From a virus, in IMG/VR virus record IMGVR_UViG_3300045988_159115: 64,000 nt of DNA; one strand, written 5' to 3'. The position numbers and the translations under genes are program-made. Positions 26,316 through 39,000 of the stretch are shown here, one piece after another (within the stretch, counting starts at the first letter, position 1; each line of letters begins with the position of its first letter). The notes under the pieces are model-generated. The model saw nothing but the letters and a program-made list of their open reading frames with translations, did not search any database and had not been told where the DNA came from.

Positions 26316-27536
26316 TTAGCCATTATCTTCAGAAGTATCTGTACTTCCTTCAGTGTTTTGATCCTTGTTGTCGCCAGGATTTTCAGTAGTACCCTGATCA
26401 CCATTCTGATCAGTATCAGTGGGAGGAGCTACAGGATCTTTCTTGTCCTCAGTAGGAGGAGTCTCCGGCTCTTTCTTATCGTCAGTGGGAGGAGTTACTG
26501 TGGAATCATCCTTCTTGGAACAACAGCCACAATTACCACCACAAGTACAATGATTACCGTTATTACCGGTATCAGTATCACCTGTGGAGTCATCCTTATC
26601 AGTGCCTGTCCCGTTCACGGTATCAAGCAGAGCCTTGATATCTGCAATATCGTAAACCGTATTGAAGTTATCCACGATTGCTTCCACATTCAGAACGATC
26701 TGATCAGCCTTACCATCAATCTTGACAGTATAGCTGTTGTCCTGTGTAGCACACGGAATATCCGCAACTACAACTTCAGTGTAATCTGCAGGTGCTTCCA
26801 GCACAGCAGGACCAACCATAGAATCAATGATGGATGTACCAATTTTTGCATTGGTAAGGAACTTGGACGCATAGTTATTATGAGTGATCTCATTCGGGCA
26901 ATCACACATATGATGATAGAGAGTATACTTTGCACTGTGATACTTTCCATCAACGTCCTTACCGCGAACAACCTGCTCATCCTTACCGATCATGTAAGTG
27001 TCATTGCCATATGTGGTAGTAACCTTAATCGAATTGATACGAATCGTATACGGATGCTGATTGTACTGGCACTTGATGCCATACCGAGAAATATTCGGTA
27101 CAGGGATCTCAATTCGACCATCAAAGACATACAGCTTACGGTACATCATATGATTGAACTGATCCACAGGAGCGAGAATAACACCATTGCAACTTTCAGC
27201 AAGAGTGGAAAGAACGCCATTAGACAGACACTTCCCGTCTTTATTAAAGAGCTCATAATCTGCAGAGATCAGGAACTCATTATTCACGTGAATAATCTGA
27301 GGCACCTTCTCATTGACAATGAACTCCTTCATGAAGGCAACACGCTCGCCATTCTCTTCTGTTGTCAGATCGGAATGATAGAGGTACATGTCGACATCAT
27401 ATACGTTATTGAGATTCTTAGATACCTGAATGCCACACTTCTTATAGTTTGCATCTTCAGGCACCACGATATTGGCTGATTCATCGACCATGTAATACTG
27501 ACCGTTGAAATAGCCGAACATCTGACTTGTAGCCAT
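26316..27536 (-). CDS. hypothetical protein with Cys cluster and PT/DKK-repeat acidic tail (406 aa)
   Basis: ATG at 27536 (the ORF-track start 27542 is a TTG overlapping the RusA stop). The C-terminus reads …NHCTCGGNCGCCSKKDDSTVTPPTDDKKEPETPPTEDKKDPVAPPTDTDQ…. Confidence 0.8.
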   Translation of the reverse strand: MATSQMFGYFNGQYYMVDESANIVVPEDANYKKCGIQVSKNLNNVYDVDMYLYHSDLTTEENGERVAFMKEFIVNEKVPQIIHVNNEFLISADYELFNKDGKCLSNGVLSTLAESCNGVILAPVDQFNHMMYRKLYVFDGRIEIPVPNISRYGIKCQYNQHPYTIRINSIKVTTTYGNDTYMIGKDEQVVRGKDVDGKYHSAKYTLYHHMCDCPNEITHNNYASKFLTNAKIGTSIIDSMVGPAVLEAPADYTEVVVADIPCATQDNSYTVKIDGKADQIVLNVEAIVDNFNTVYDIADIKALLDTVNGTGTDKDDSTGDTDTGNNGNHCTCGGNCGCCSKKDDSTVTPPTDDKKEPETPPTEDKKDPVAPPTDTDQNGDQGTTENPGDNKDQNTEGSTDTSEDNG

Positions 27537-27538
27537 AG

Positions 27539-28201
27539 TCAACCCTTCTTTCCAAATTTATTATAATTATAGAGGCAATCTGGTTCATCCATCCATTCAA
27601 TATGAATTTCAATCCTAGGTTTTAGTGAATAATACTTCTTAGAGACTCCCTCTACGATAAGAGAGTCATCTGCTAAAATTTTAGATTGAATCATATCAGA
27701 GTATGCTTTTCCCAGATTATCCCAATCAGGTTTACTTATAGGTCTAACTAATCCAAGTTCTGCCAAAATAGTATCTGCTTTTGACATAGACTTTGGGATT
27801 GGTAAGTAAGACACGCATGTAAATTTGCAAGGAGTATTGATCATTGGAAGATCTCTCCCTTTTGCAAATTTATCAAAAAGATCTTTGTTGTCTTTTGCTC
27901 CACGTACATAAAAGCTATTCGTCATAGAAGAATACCGTGGACGCGGAGTTGCTTTTGGAATCATATAAATCGTAAAATCCATATGACTCCAATGAATATT
28001 AAGAATATGATGGATTTTATCAGAAATTAACTCCTTTTGCCTGCCAAGCTTAAGCTGATCAAGGAGATAAACAAAGCGTTGCTGTGGATCTCTAGGAATT
28101 TCTCCATAGAGTTTACGATACTCACGCTCAATCTTCTTCAATGCTTTTTTACACTCCCGTGATACTAGCAATAAGATTCTCAAGACCACCAAAAATTGCA
28201 T
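27539..28201 (-). CDS. rusA: RusA-family Holliday junction resolvase (start uncertain)
   Basis: Core MIPKATPRPRY … KPDWDNLGKAYSDMIQSKILADDSLIVEGVSKKY matches the RusA catalytic D-x-D-N-L … DD pattern (E. coli RDLDNLQKAAFDAL…WLDDAQV). The first 17 codons overlap the upstream gene. The alternative start MDFTIY at 27982 would give a typical 147-aa RusA. Confidence 0.8.
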   Translation of the reverse strand: MQFLVVLRILLLVSRECKKALKKIEREYRKLYGEIPRDPQQRFVYLLDQLKLGRQKELISDKIHHILNIHWSHMDFTIYMIPKATPRPRYSSMTNSFYVRGAKDNKDLFDKFAKGRDLPMINTPCKFTCVSYLPIPKSMSKADTILAELGLVRPISKPDWDNLGKAYSDMIQSKILADDSLIVEGVSKKYYSLKPRIEIHIEWMDEPDCLYNYNKFGKKG

Positions 28202-29987
28202 TGCTCACATTATCACCAGCGCCAACAACAGCGGATTTCACAATAGTGGTAGCAAGAGCGATACGGTTTGAAAGCTGAGGAGTCACAAGACTAATACCAC
28301 ACTGAGATGCAATAAAGTCGATCAGACTAGAATTTGCAAGGAAAAGGGTAATATCACCAGACGGTGTGATACTCATATCGGAATAAAGATCGTCGATTGT
28401 AAAATCAACTCGGATATGAGTCGGATATCCATCAACAGACCACTCTCCGCCATCTGGGCACTTACTAATCGTCATATTAGAAATGATACCCAGATTACAA
28501 GAAAACACACCAGGATAGTATGCTTTCACAAGGAACGGAGAGCCATATGTATTCGCTGTTGTTTGCTTAGGAACAGCAAGCGCTACAAGATGCCAGAGTG
28601 GTACAAGGATATCCAAATAGAAGCCAAGCTTGTTACCATACGGTGTACGTAAGTCAACTGTCAAGTTATAGCTCTTTCCGTAGCTAGACTTCTTGTAAAT
28701 TTCAGGGAAGACCATCGTCTCACCACTGATGACATTAGAAGTCGTACTAAGAAGTCGGCTCATAACACCGGCGATACCAAACTTACTCTGAGACAGAACC
28801 GATGACATAGCATCAGCTGCACCTGTTGTAAGCTGCTTCAACTGAGTATCATCAACGCCGCCAGATTGGACAAGGAATGCAATTTCTTTGCCGAAATCAT
28901 CTGCTGAATCGTAGATACTTGAAAGTTTTGATGCCTCATGCTGGTTTGAGAATCCGTCAGACCCAGAAGTACTTGCATCGACATAAAATTCGACAAAGTT
29001 CATCTGAGTCAGAATATCAGAGATCGAACCAATTGCATCTTTCTCTTCACTCTTTCCAATTGCAGGAATCGACGATTCATTATTAAGTGCGATACCCATC
29101 ATTGATGCAAGACCTTTGATGGTTGAGCCAACCTTATTCTTCAAAGCATCTGCGATATTTTTCGATGCAGTAGAGTAAGCACCTTTCGTCCATCTGTAAT
29201 CTTTCCAATCGAACTTATCAAGCGTAGTTGATCCATCAATTGAAATCCCATTAAGATCAAGGAAAGCTGCAGACACCTGACAAAGAATATTGACATAGTT
29301 CATGTACTGCACGTATGTCTGCTGGAAGTCATAATAACGAAGTGCATTCTTTCTCTTCGCCTCATCCAGATTTGTCAGAAGAGCTGCCACATTACCGTTA
29401 GCAGCTTGCACCATCATATATGCAGTCTGTTTCTTTTTATCGCCTTCAACGGCCGGAAGATAAATAGGCTGTCCAGGAACGATTGTTACAACAGGTGCTT
29501 CCAGCATGATATTCTCGATAAAGGTTCGACCGATAAGCTGACTTTTCGGTTTATTGGCAATTGAATATGTCCGATAATCACAGTATTGAGTAAACTGGTG
29601 AGGAAGGCCAAATAATTTCATTGTATACTTGGTAATATCCTCACCATAATTATCAATCATATTCGTGAGAGTCTTATCAATGCCACTACTCAAAGAAGTT
29701 AGAAATCCGCCAACTCCACCACCGTTAGATGCCTTATCGGATGCTGTATTATCCGGGATAGGAACGTTTGGAGTATCTGCTTTCGTCTGCACAGATGGTG
29801 CACCAATTTGTGTCAACGTATTTGCATTGACAGCTGCTGTCACCTTTCCGTTTTGACCGATAACAACTCGATCACCATGGACTTCCAAAATATCATATGT
29901 ATTCTTACGAACGAACGGAGCAAGATGCGTTCCGTTCATGTCAGTCATTGCTGATGTGGTGACTTGCATACCTTCTGTAAAAGCCAT
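28149..29987 (-). CDS. virion structural protein with N-terminal SH3-like domain (612 aa)
   Basis: ATG at 29987 follows AGAGGTGA by 8 nt. The N-terminus MAFTEGMQVTTSAMTDMNGTHLAPFVRKNTYDILEVHGDRVVIGQNGKVTAAVNANTL is paralogous to that of the 19719 gene. Lies immediately downstream of the giant tape-measure-like gene. Confidence 0.65.
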   Translation of the reverse strand: MAFTEGMQVTTSAMTDMNGTHLAPFVRKNTYDILEVHGDRVVIGQNGKVTAAVNANTLTQIGAPSVQTKADTPNVPIPDNTASDKASNGGGVGGFLTSLSSGIDKTLTNMIDNYGEDITKYTMKLFGLPHQFTQYCDYRTYSIANKPKSQLIGRTFIENIMLEAPVVTIVPGQPIYLPAVEGDKKKQTAYMMVQAANGNVAALLTNLDEAKRKNALRYYDFQQTYVQYMNYVNILCQVSAAFLDLNGISIDGSTTLDKFDWKDYRWTKGAYSTASKNIADALKNKVGSTIKGLASMMGIALNNESSIPAIGKSEEKDAIGSISDILTQMNFVEFYVDASTSGSDGFSNQHEASKLSSIYDSADDFGKEIAFLVQSGGVDDTQLKQLTTGAADAMSSVLSQSKFGIAGVMSRLLSTTSNVISGETMVFPEIYKKSSYGKSYNLTVDLRTPYGNKLGFYLDILVPLWHLVALAVPKQTTANTYGSPFLVKAYYPGVFSCNLGIISNMTISKCPDGGEWSVDGYPTHIRVDFTIDDLYSDMSITPSGDITLFLANSSLIDFIASQCGISLVTPQLSNRIALATTIVKSAVVGAGDNVSNAIFGGLENLIASITGV

Positions 29988-30079
29988 GAAATAAATCACC
30001 TCTTTCTAACACAAAATAAATGGTAAGGAAAACCCCAGTTAATTTAGGAGTTTTCCTTACCATTTTGTTTCACTGAGGT

Positions 30080-33000
30080 TTAGACCCCAAATGCAATGCG
30101 ACGAGCAACCAACTCGGCATTTGTCATGGAAGAATCAGAGACACTTCCATTATTATATGACTTCTTGAATGCTCCGCGAGGAGTTGTTACGCTGGATTTG
30201 CTATCACCTTTTCCACCAGTCATCGGAGTATAATTCGAAGCTTTGATCTTCGAAATACCTTCTTTGATGTCGGACAGCTCATCCAGATTTTCAGTATTAC
30301 CAGAGATCGTACTAAGAAGAGCAACCATCTTATCCATAAGAATAAGAACCTGAGTGTTGTCAACACCACGGCCGCCATTCTTTTCCTTAGAAGTATAGCT
30401 AGAAGAATGAGGAGCTTGATAATAGCTACGGGTCTGATAAGAATCCACAGTAGAATTATGCTCATTCGTCCGATCAATGGATTTTGCCACAGGAGCAAAC
30501 CGCATATCCTTGACAGTAGCGCCTCTTCCACCCTTTCTATCAGCTCCGCTAATAGCATCAACGCCAGAATTCTGCTTAGCCTCATTGAACTTGTCATTGA
30601 TATAATCTTTGCCAGCTTTCAGTGCAACCGGCAGGACTACATCCTCCAAGACCACCTGACCAAGCGGACGCTTAGCAAGCTCTTCCTTGCGTTTCTTCTC
30701 TTCCTCAGCTTTCTTCTTAGCTTCAGCCTGTCTCTTACGCTCAGCACGAGAAACTTTCGGCTTTTGTCCAGTAAGTTTCTCAAACCATTCGTCAGAATGC
30801 TGATCAACCTCATACTCGAGATAAGCTCCAAGAAGTTGTCCACTAAGCGAGCCGATTCCGTCAGCGACCTTCTCAGCACCGCTCTGTTTCTTCTTCTTAG
30901 AATTCGTCTTCTTAGGACCATTGCCACCCTCTTCGCTCATGACATCTTTCCCATGGAAAGCCTGATAGTATTTCTCTGCCCACTGAGCACGAGGTGCAAA
31001 CTGACTAGACGTTCTAGCACGATTGTCGCCCCAACCAGGCATCTCATATCCGCCGAGAACAGCAGTAGCGGCATCAACAGGAGATGTGATGGTCTTAAGA
31101 CGATTAAATGTCTTGCGATATGCCGAACTACCGTTCTTAAACTCATCAAGCGCAAATGCGATCTGAGTATAAAGATTACCGATAGACGTCTTCTTCTGCT
31201 TCGCAAAATTAAGAAGTCTCTCTTTACGAGAAGTTTTATTAGGCTGATTTGCATAAGTCCATTGAGCAAGGCCATAGCCAGCAACGTCACTAGACTTATC
31301 AGGGAATCTACCATGCTGATCAGCATACGCAGTATATTGATCATCAGACATTCCGTACCGCTTATTGTACGAATCCTCCAGATTCTTAGGCTGTAATCTA
31401 GATTCGTTGTGCCAGCATCCAAGAACACCAGCAGCACCAGCATCAGACATACCAGCTTCACGAAGTTTACGGAAGATATTACGAGCGTTACCTTCAATCG
31501 TGCCAGTATCAGCATCAGCTCCACTAATACCGTCCACGTCTTCATCAGACGAACTAGACGAAGTATCTGTGTCGCCATTGATCTCATTCACCACTGCGTC
31601 CCAATCAACATCCATATTACCAGTAACAGCAGCTTCGAACATCTTGCTACCAATTGTGGACATTGCATTCGACATCAGTGAGAAGAACGACGCACTCTTA
31701 GATTCAGTATCACTATCGTAATAGCTATCACTTGCATCAGCACCATCAGCAGATGCTGCGGCAGAGTTATTGAACTGAATCGTACCCTTAGGAGCCTGAG
31801 TGTAATTAGCACCTGGCTTACCAGGAGTCCAAACGCAAGAATACGTTTTATAAGCACGACCTGTTGCAGATGCAGAGTTTGCAGAATTCGGAGATCCGAC
31901 GTTATAGACGAAAATGTTACCATTCAGTCTACCAGCGTAAATCTCAGTATGGCCAGACTTTGCAACGATATCACCAGGCTGGAGATTCCAGTTGGAGAAT
32001 GTCTTATAGGTGAATCCTGTATTTGCCATAAGCCCATTCTGATGAGTCATCTCACCAGAATAAAGCTGAGTGGAATCAGGAAGTACACCATAGAACTTCA
32101 GACATGCAGACACGAAGCCAGAGCAATCAGAACGAGTCCGAATAGTACGTCCACCAATTGTGACGTTGACATATCTATTTGAACTGTATCCAACACCAGA
32201 TCTTGCGATCTGCTTCTTTACTTCAATGACGATATCCATCCAGCGATCGCGATTGCTTCTACCACGGCCACCAACAACGCGACGAATGATATTACGGAAA
32301 CTCTTACGATGGCCGGAACCACCATAAGGCTTGTAATCGTCAAACGTCCAAACTGCTGATGTGTTATTATTGAGCTCATCGGGAGACACTGCTCCAGAAT
32401 ACTCAACGCCGCGAGGATCGTTAATGATAATATTGCCATTCGAATCAACGCCGTTTGCAACCACATAGTGGCCAGAATCAGTATAAGGAGAATTTCCATT
32501 ACCGTTATCACGGCCAAGAAGCATGACAGGACCGTTGGAATTGCGAACCTTACTGACGATCTCAGAGGAAGACGGATTCCGTTCCATAGAAGAGCGTACG
32601 CCATAAGCGCTTGCTGCATTCTGAACGAAATTCATATTCGTACCAGTTTCGTCACGGTCGCCAGTCTGCTGAGCAAGACGTGCAAGAGACACAGGATCAG
32701 TGTGATTTGCAGAGACATCCGAAAGAACCATTGCCATAGCCGTCGGGCCACAGCCGGTATCAGACATTGTTGCAGATGCATCAGAACCATCAGCCTTAGA
32801 GTAGGACTTCGATGCCCAACGAGAATCGTCCTGAGAATAATAAGTGCCACCATTCAGTGTATCAGGAGCAAGCCCACGACCACCGGATGTCTTACGGCGG
32901 CCAGAGCCACCTTCAGTCTTGTTAATCTCTTTAACGTCATTATTGATCTGATCCCAATCAACACCGTTACCAGAACCACCATCTGTCTTCTTCTTACCAC

Positions 33001-36000
33001 GGATCCAATCCATGAGAGAAGTACCGATGGAGTTGATAGCGTTCTTAATGGTGTCTCCGATGCTGTTGAAAATTCGAGGAATACCTACTGTAATCCAAGA
33101 AGCAAGTTTAATGGCACCGCCAATAAACTTTTTGAGACCATTGTCTTTTGAGTTCGGCATTTCAGCCTTCTCGAATCCAGACCAAGACTTGCTAGGATCA
33201 GTATATTGCTTCAGAGTTGACTGATAAGCTGCAATATCCTTATCAATTCCACCAAGTCCGACTGCAGTGAGAGCCTTGTCGACAAGTCCGCCGATCTTAT
33301 TCATGGCATAATTATAACCAGTGACAATATACATCGGAGCTCTGGAAATCTTAACGATTGCACCAGATAAGAGGCCCTTAGTTTTATCCTTACCAGCAGA
33401 AAGGAATTTAGAAAAGTCGCCAGTCACAGCAGCGTCCCAAGACTCGCCAACACCAGTCTTAATTGCGTCAATCTGCTCTTGATGGCTATCAATGAATTCA
33501 TCAATCTTACCCTTAACGCCTCTGATAGCAAATGCAGGGAGAGATCCGATAAGGAACGGAAGCTTCAGAACACCACAGACTGCTCCAGAGATTCCAGCAA
33601 GAGGACCATCAAAGTCGATATTAGCGTTACCAATTGCAGAAGGATCACCCTTCACCATATTGACGCTATAATCGGCAAGATGCTTAGGAATTTCAGCAAT
33701 ATTACCTGCTGCTCCGCCAATAAACTCAGGAACTTTCTTAAGCAGGAAGTCTCCACCAACAGATCCAAGCTTGCCAATCAAATGACCGACAAACACTGCA
33801 ACCTTACCAACACCAAGTGTTGCTCCGATGATTCCGTGGAGAGGGTTGTTCGGATCGGAAGTATTGACTTTAGCCTTTGCATAAGACATGAAATCAATAT
33901 TTGGATCGTTGAAGTTCTGATTGATTGTGCGGAAACCTGTTACAAGTGCACTACCAGCATCACCAAGAGTAGTAGTAAGATTCTTTCCAAAATTACCAAA
34001 GAACTGCTTGGCAGAATTAAATCCGCCCTTAATCATTTCAATGGGTTTTGTAAGAAGTCCACTCTTCTGCTCAGTAGTATCCTCGTAGCGACCGTTCTCA
34101 CCAGTCTGTCCCTCGAATGCTCTAGCATCAAGCTTAGCTGTTCCCAGCTGCTTACCAGTTGTAGCATCGTATGCCGAGAAAGTACCATCACTGTTTTCAC
34201 GATACTCAGTATTGGACTGCTTATCGACGAAAACTCTCTGCTTCTTACCGACGAGTTTCTCACGAGCCTTGTCGCCAAAGCCCTTAAGACCCTTCTGAAG
34301 ACGAGAACCAAGTGTCTGATTCTTCTCATCATTATAGTCAGCAAACGACTGAATATTTGCGCCATACTCGCCATTCTTAGCACCCTCAGTGAATTGCTCC
34401 AAAGTAACGCTAGGATCGAGCAGGCCTGCTTTGATCATCTCATTATACTGAGACTCAAGGTTTGAACTCACATTGGCATCGTATGCTTCCTTAAGTTCAG
34501 TCTGACCAGCAGCCAGAGCAGCAAACTTATCGTCACCAGCCACCATCTGATAAATCAGAGTAGCCAGTTCAGTATACATATCAACGCCAGTAACAGAAAC
34601 GATCAACTCATTGACACAGTCAACGATACTACCAAATGTTGAACCACTGAATGCACCAAAGAGTCCAGCGATGATCATCATAGTAGCATCTGGCTGACTA
34701 GATGTGCGGAAAAGTCTCTTAGCACCAGAAACGCCATTGATAGCACCAAGAACCACCCAAGTAGATTCTTTTGCTGCATAACCAACAACTGTAGTTGCGA
34801 GACCAGCTGCTGTGCCGAGAATAGTTGCAATCTTAGCAGAAATCTTCTTAAAGTGCTTCTGGACACATCCGGTCGCACTAGACAGAAGTTTGGTAACCTT
34901 ACCAGGTTTGATTGAGCCGCCAAATCGAGCGCTTGCTTTCTCCATGATGCTAGAGAAGAATTTCTTCACAACGTCAATGACTTTTGTGATACCACTCTTC
35001 TCACTTGCAGCCATGATCTTATCAGCTGTTGTATTCGCAAACTTACCAACCTTCGATGCAACAGATGCTACATGGTCACCGTTATTGATGTTATCCTCCA
35101 TCATTCCTGTGAGGATTTCATTGGAGAAGGTTTCGTTCGATAATGCCTTACCAGCACCATACTTGAAACCATTCACTGCAGAAGAGGTAACCTCAAGGTA
35201 TTTATTCTTGATACCACTACCAATCTTATTCTTAAGACCAGAGACAGCTTTACCGGCTCTTGTATTAGCAAGAGCATTGCCGATGAATTTTCCACCCTTA
35301 CGAAGATCACCACCAAGGTTCTTGATGTTGTCAATTCCACCCTTCACCTTAGGAATAGCCTTCTTACCAGCCTCATAGATCGTGTTTGCGCCACCAGCAA
35401 CGCCTTGCGCGAGAAGCTTGGTACGAGCTCCAGTTTCGTTGTAAATATTACCGTCCTTATCATAGAGGAAACTCTTGATAGCGTCCGGAATATTACCAGT
35501 AAGAAGATTACCAACGGTGTTCTTCAAACCATCCAGTTCATCAGAAATGACATCTGCAGATGTTCTACCGTCACCGAGTCTTTCCTTTCCATACATATAG
35601 TCCGAAACAAGACGTTCTGCAGGATTCGTTGACTCGGAAGACCCATTGCCAGGATTTGCAAAGAGACTGATAAGTCTACCAAGAAGCTTCAGCACCATAG
35701 GAGCAAGGAGAATGAATGCACCTGTGATAATACCCTTCTTCGAGAAAATCGAATTCCAGATAGTATTATGAGAATGAATACCTTCGTTAATGGATTCCAT
35801 CAAACCAGTATTCTTCTTATCCTTTGCTTCCTGCTCAGCCTTTTCATCAACAGCAGCACGCTGAGCACGCTGTTCATCTGCTGTCTTACCCTTAGGAGCA
35901 GACTGATCCGGATTGATAGTTGCGTCACCGTAAGAAATCTCACCATCGGTAGTTTCCTCACTAGCAACGGTCTTACTAGGATCAATCGTAGCATTGGCTT

Positions 36001-39000
36001 TCAGTGCAGAAGTGATTGCGGTATTTGCACCAGCAAACGGAGAATTTGAATTTCCAATATTCGGTACCGAAATATTGGTAGGAGCCTTCACGGACGCATC
36101 CGTAGAAGTATAGGTTTTCGTGATATTGGTATCGGCATCTTCACGAGCAGTTTCCATATCACTAAATCCACCCTTAACGGTATCAAAGATACCACCGAGC
36201 AGATCACGGATATCCGCAAAGATACCTACGAGGCCAGTACGAGCAGAAGCATCATTCGGAATGACCTTCTCGCCACCAGCCATCTCACGAACTTCAGGAC
36301 CGCTGGTACCGACGACAGTTGCACCCTTATCGGTAACAACCATCTCTTCGCCTTCCTCACCGACATCGGCGGGACCCGGCTTAGCATTATCGGTACCATC
36401 AGCATAATGAGCACGCTTCCTCTTTGCTTCAAGCTCCTCTTTGCGTCTACGGCGACGTTCCTCAAGTGCACGATGTGCTGCTTCCTTTGCTTCGCGATTT
36501 GCTTTGACGCGATCAAGATACGCCTCATAGTTAATATCGCGTTGCTGTTTCATCTCATGACGAGTCTGATCGGAATCCAGCATCGTGCCATTCTTACGAC
36601 GGTCTTTACGACGCTGCTTATAATCTTTATTCGATTCTTTAGCGCCAGCACGAAGACCACCGATATTGGACAGAGCAACTTCAATACCGCCAAAGAACCC
36701 ATAGTCCTTCATGTAGTCAGAGAACTTCTTTTGACGATCCTTAGAAGACGACTTTGTTGCGCGATCACGTGCAGCTTCAGCAATCTTAATTTCAGCACCA
36801 TGATTTCCGTTCTCATCCTTATGAAGAAGCTCAATATTGCGATCGGTGTTACGATCAGTATATCCCTGAGCCTTACCTGTTGTAAAAGCTTCCGCCTTTG
36901 CTTCGTCTTTTGTAAGCTTAGGTTTACGGCCAAGAATAAAATCGAGCGCCTTATGAAGAATAGCATTCGTATCCTTCTGGACATCGAGCGATGCATCCTG
37001 GAATTTCTCAGTTTTGATCTGAGATTCAGTCTTGATGGCATCTCCCTTGAAACTGATATGCTCACCACGCTCAAGCGCAGCAGCTTTTGCAAATGCACGG
37101 TTTTCCTCAGTATCTTCCGATCTCTGATTCTTCGTGTACTTTGCAATCAGTCTCTGGTTATTAAGGAGGTCTTTGCGTTTCTGCCGACGCTCCTTAGCCA
37201 TATTCTTCTGACGTTCTTTTTTTTCCTTATTTAAACGAACTCTTGTCGCCCAAGGAAGACCCTTACCGGCATCTTTAATACTGCCATCAGGATTAAAGAG
37301 CATCTTGGAGCTAACGTCCTTCTTTTCCATTCCGTACTTTGTTGAATCCCAAACCTTACGGAAATAAGCTCCGAGACCACTACCCTCTTCGCGCTTCTCA
37401 GCTCCAAGACCAAAGAACTTACGACCCTTATCAATGATACCATTGATCCAAGTCATAGGATTCATGAAGTGAAGGATGTTCTTAACAGATTTTGTGATTG
37501 CGCCAGTAACCTGATCACGAACGTAAGTAACAGCAGACTTTGCAAGATCAACCACAGGACTCACAAGACGGCGCATACCGCCCTGAACCCAGCGAAGAGC
37601 ATCTTGTGCACTCTTGAAAGCAGTCTGAATCAGACGCATCGGCCAAGAATTCATGACGGCGTCTTTTACATCACGAAGAACCGAGATGCCAAAACGACCA
37701 ATATGAGCGACAGTGCCGATGATCTTATCATTAATGAATCCGAATGTCTTCTGAACTGCCTTAAACGGGAGAGAAACAGCAGTGCCAATAGCTTTTGCAG
37801 CAACACCGAGTGCCTTAGAGAATACACCAAAAGTAGTCTTAACTGCGAGACCGATCGGAGTAGTAATCGCCTTAATAGCGAGACCAACGCCATGACGAAG
37901 TGCAGTAGCCATGGGCGACAGCATTGTCATAACGAGATTGATCGGTGTAGAAATGATTGCTTTAGCAGCTCCCCAGATAGCATTACCAGCTGCAGTAGCT
38001 GCGGCAGTAACAGGCTGAAGAATCTTCTTCGTAGCATCGACCATTCCACCAAGGAAGTCTTCCTTAATGAATCGGCCGACATCTTTTGCAGTATTCCAAG
38101 CAAACGAAGTCAGACTACCAATCATGGACGATACAGCATCGCCAATCGGTTCCATGATCAGAGTGATCTTATTGAAGACGTCAAACTGAAGGAAATTCTT
38201 CGCGTCGTCAATGAAGTTTGCAGCAGCATTCTTGATAGGCTGGAATACGGAGACATTCAGAGCATTCTTAAACTGGCCAAGAATACCTTCTCGTTTTACT
38301 CCAGTCTCTTCATCAACTTTGCCGAACAGCCATTCATGGAAGTTATCCTTCTGAGCAAGAATAGCTGCACCAAGACCAAGAGATGCACCGAGAACAGGAC
38401 CGCCAACGAGAGTACCGAGTAAGCCGCCTGTGCCAAGGCCAATACCAAGCATACCAGCAAGCTTACCGCCAGAAACGCCACCATTGGATTCAGCATCACC
38501 AACGATGTTGCGCATCCACTTCTTGCCAAGAGTGACAATACCGAGCTGTCCGTTTTCAGCATCACCAAAAAGGAACTTCTGGAAAATTTCACTCTTTAAA
38601 ACAGTAGCGGATGCAAGACCCATGAGTGCGCCAGCAATAGGACCGCCGACGATAGTACCGAGGATACCACCACCAGTGATTGTACCAGTAACGGCACCTA
38701 CTGCAGCGCCGCCTGTTAAGAACTTTCCATGCTCATGGAAGAATTCTTGAGTTTTATCACTGATAAAGCCTTCGTGGTCTTCTGTACCAAAAAGCCAATC
38801 TTGGAATTTTTCAGACTTTGAAAGAATACCACCAGCAAAGCCAAGAAGAGCTCCGCCGATAGGACCACCGACGAGAGTACCGAGTAAACCGCCAGCAGCA
38901 ACGCCGCCAGCAGCACCAACGGCTGCGCCAGCCATTCCGGAAGGAAGCATCTCAGAGGCTTTCTCTTTGATAGAATCAATGACTTCTTGCTGAGTCTTCT

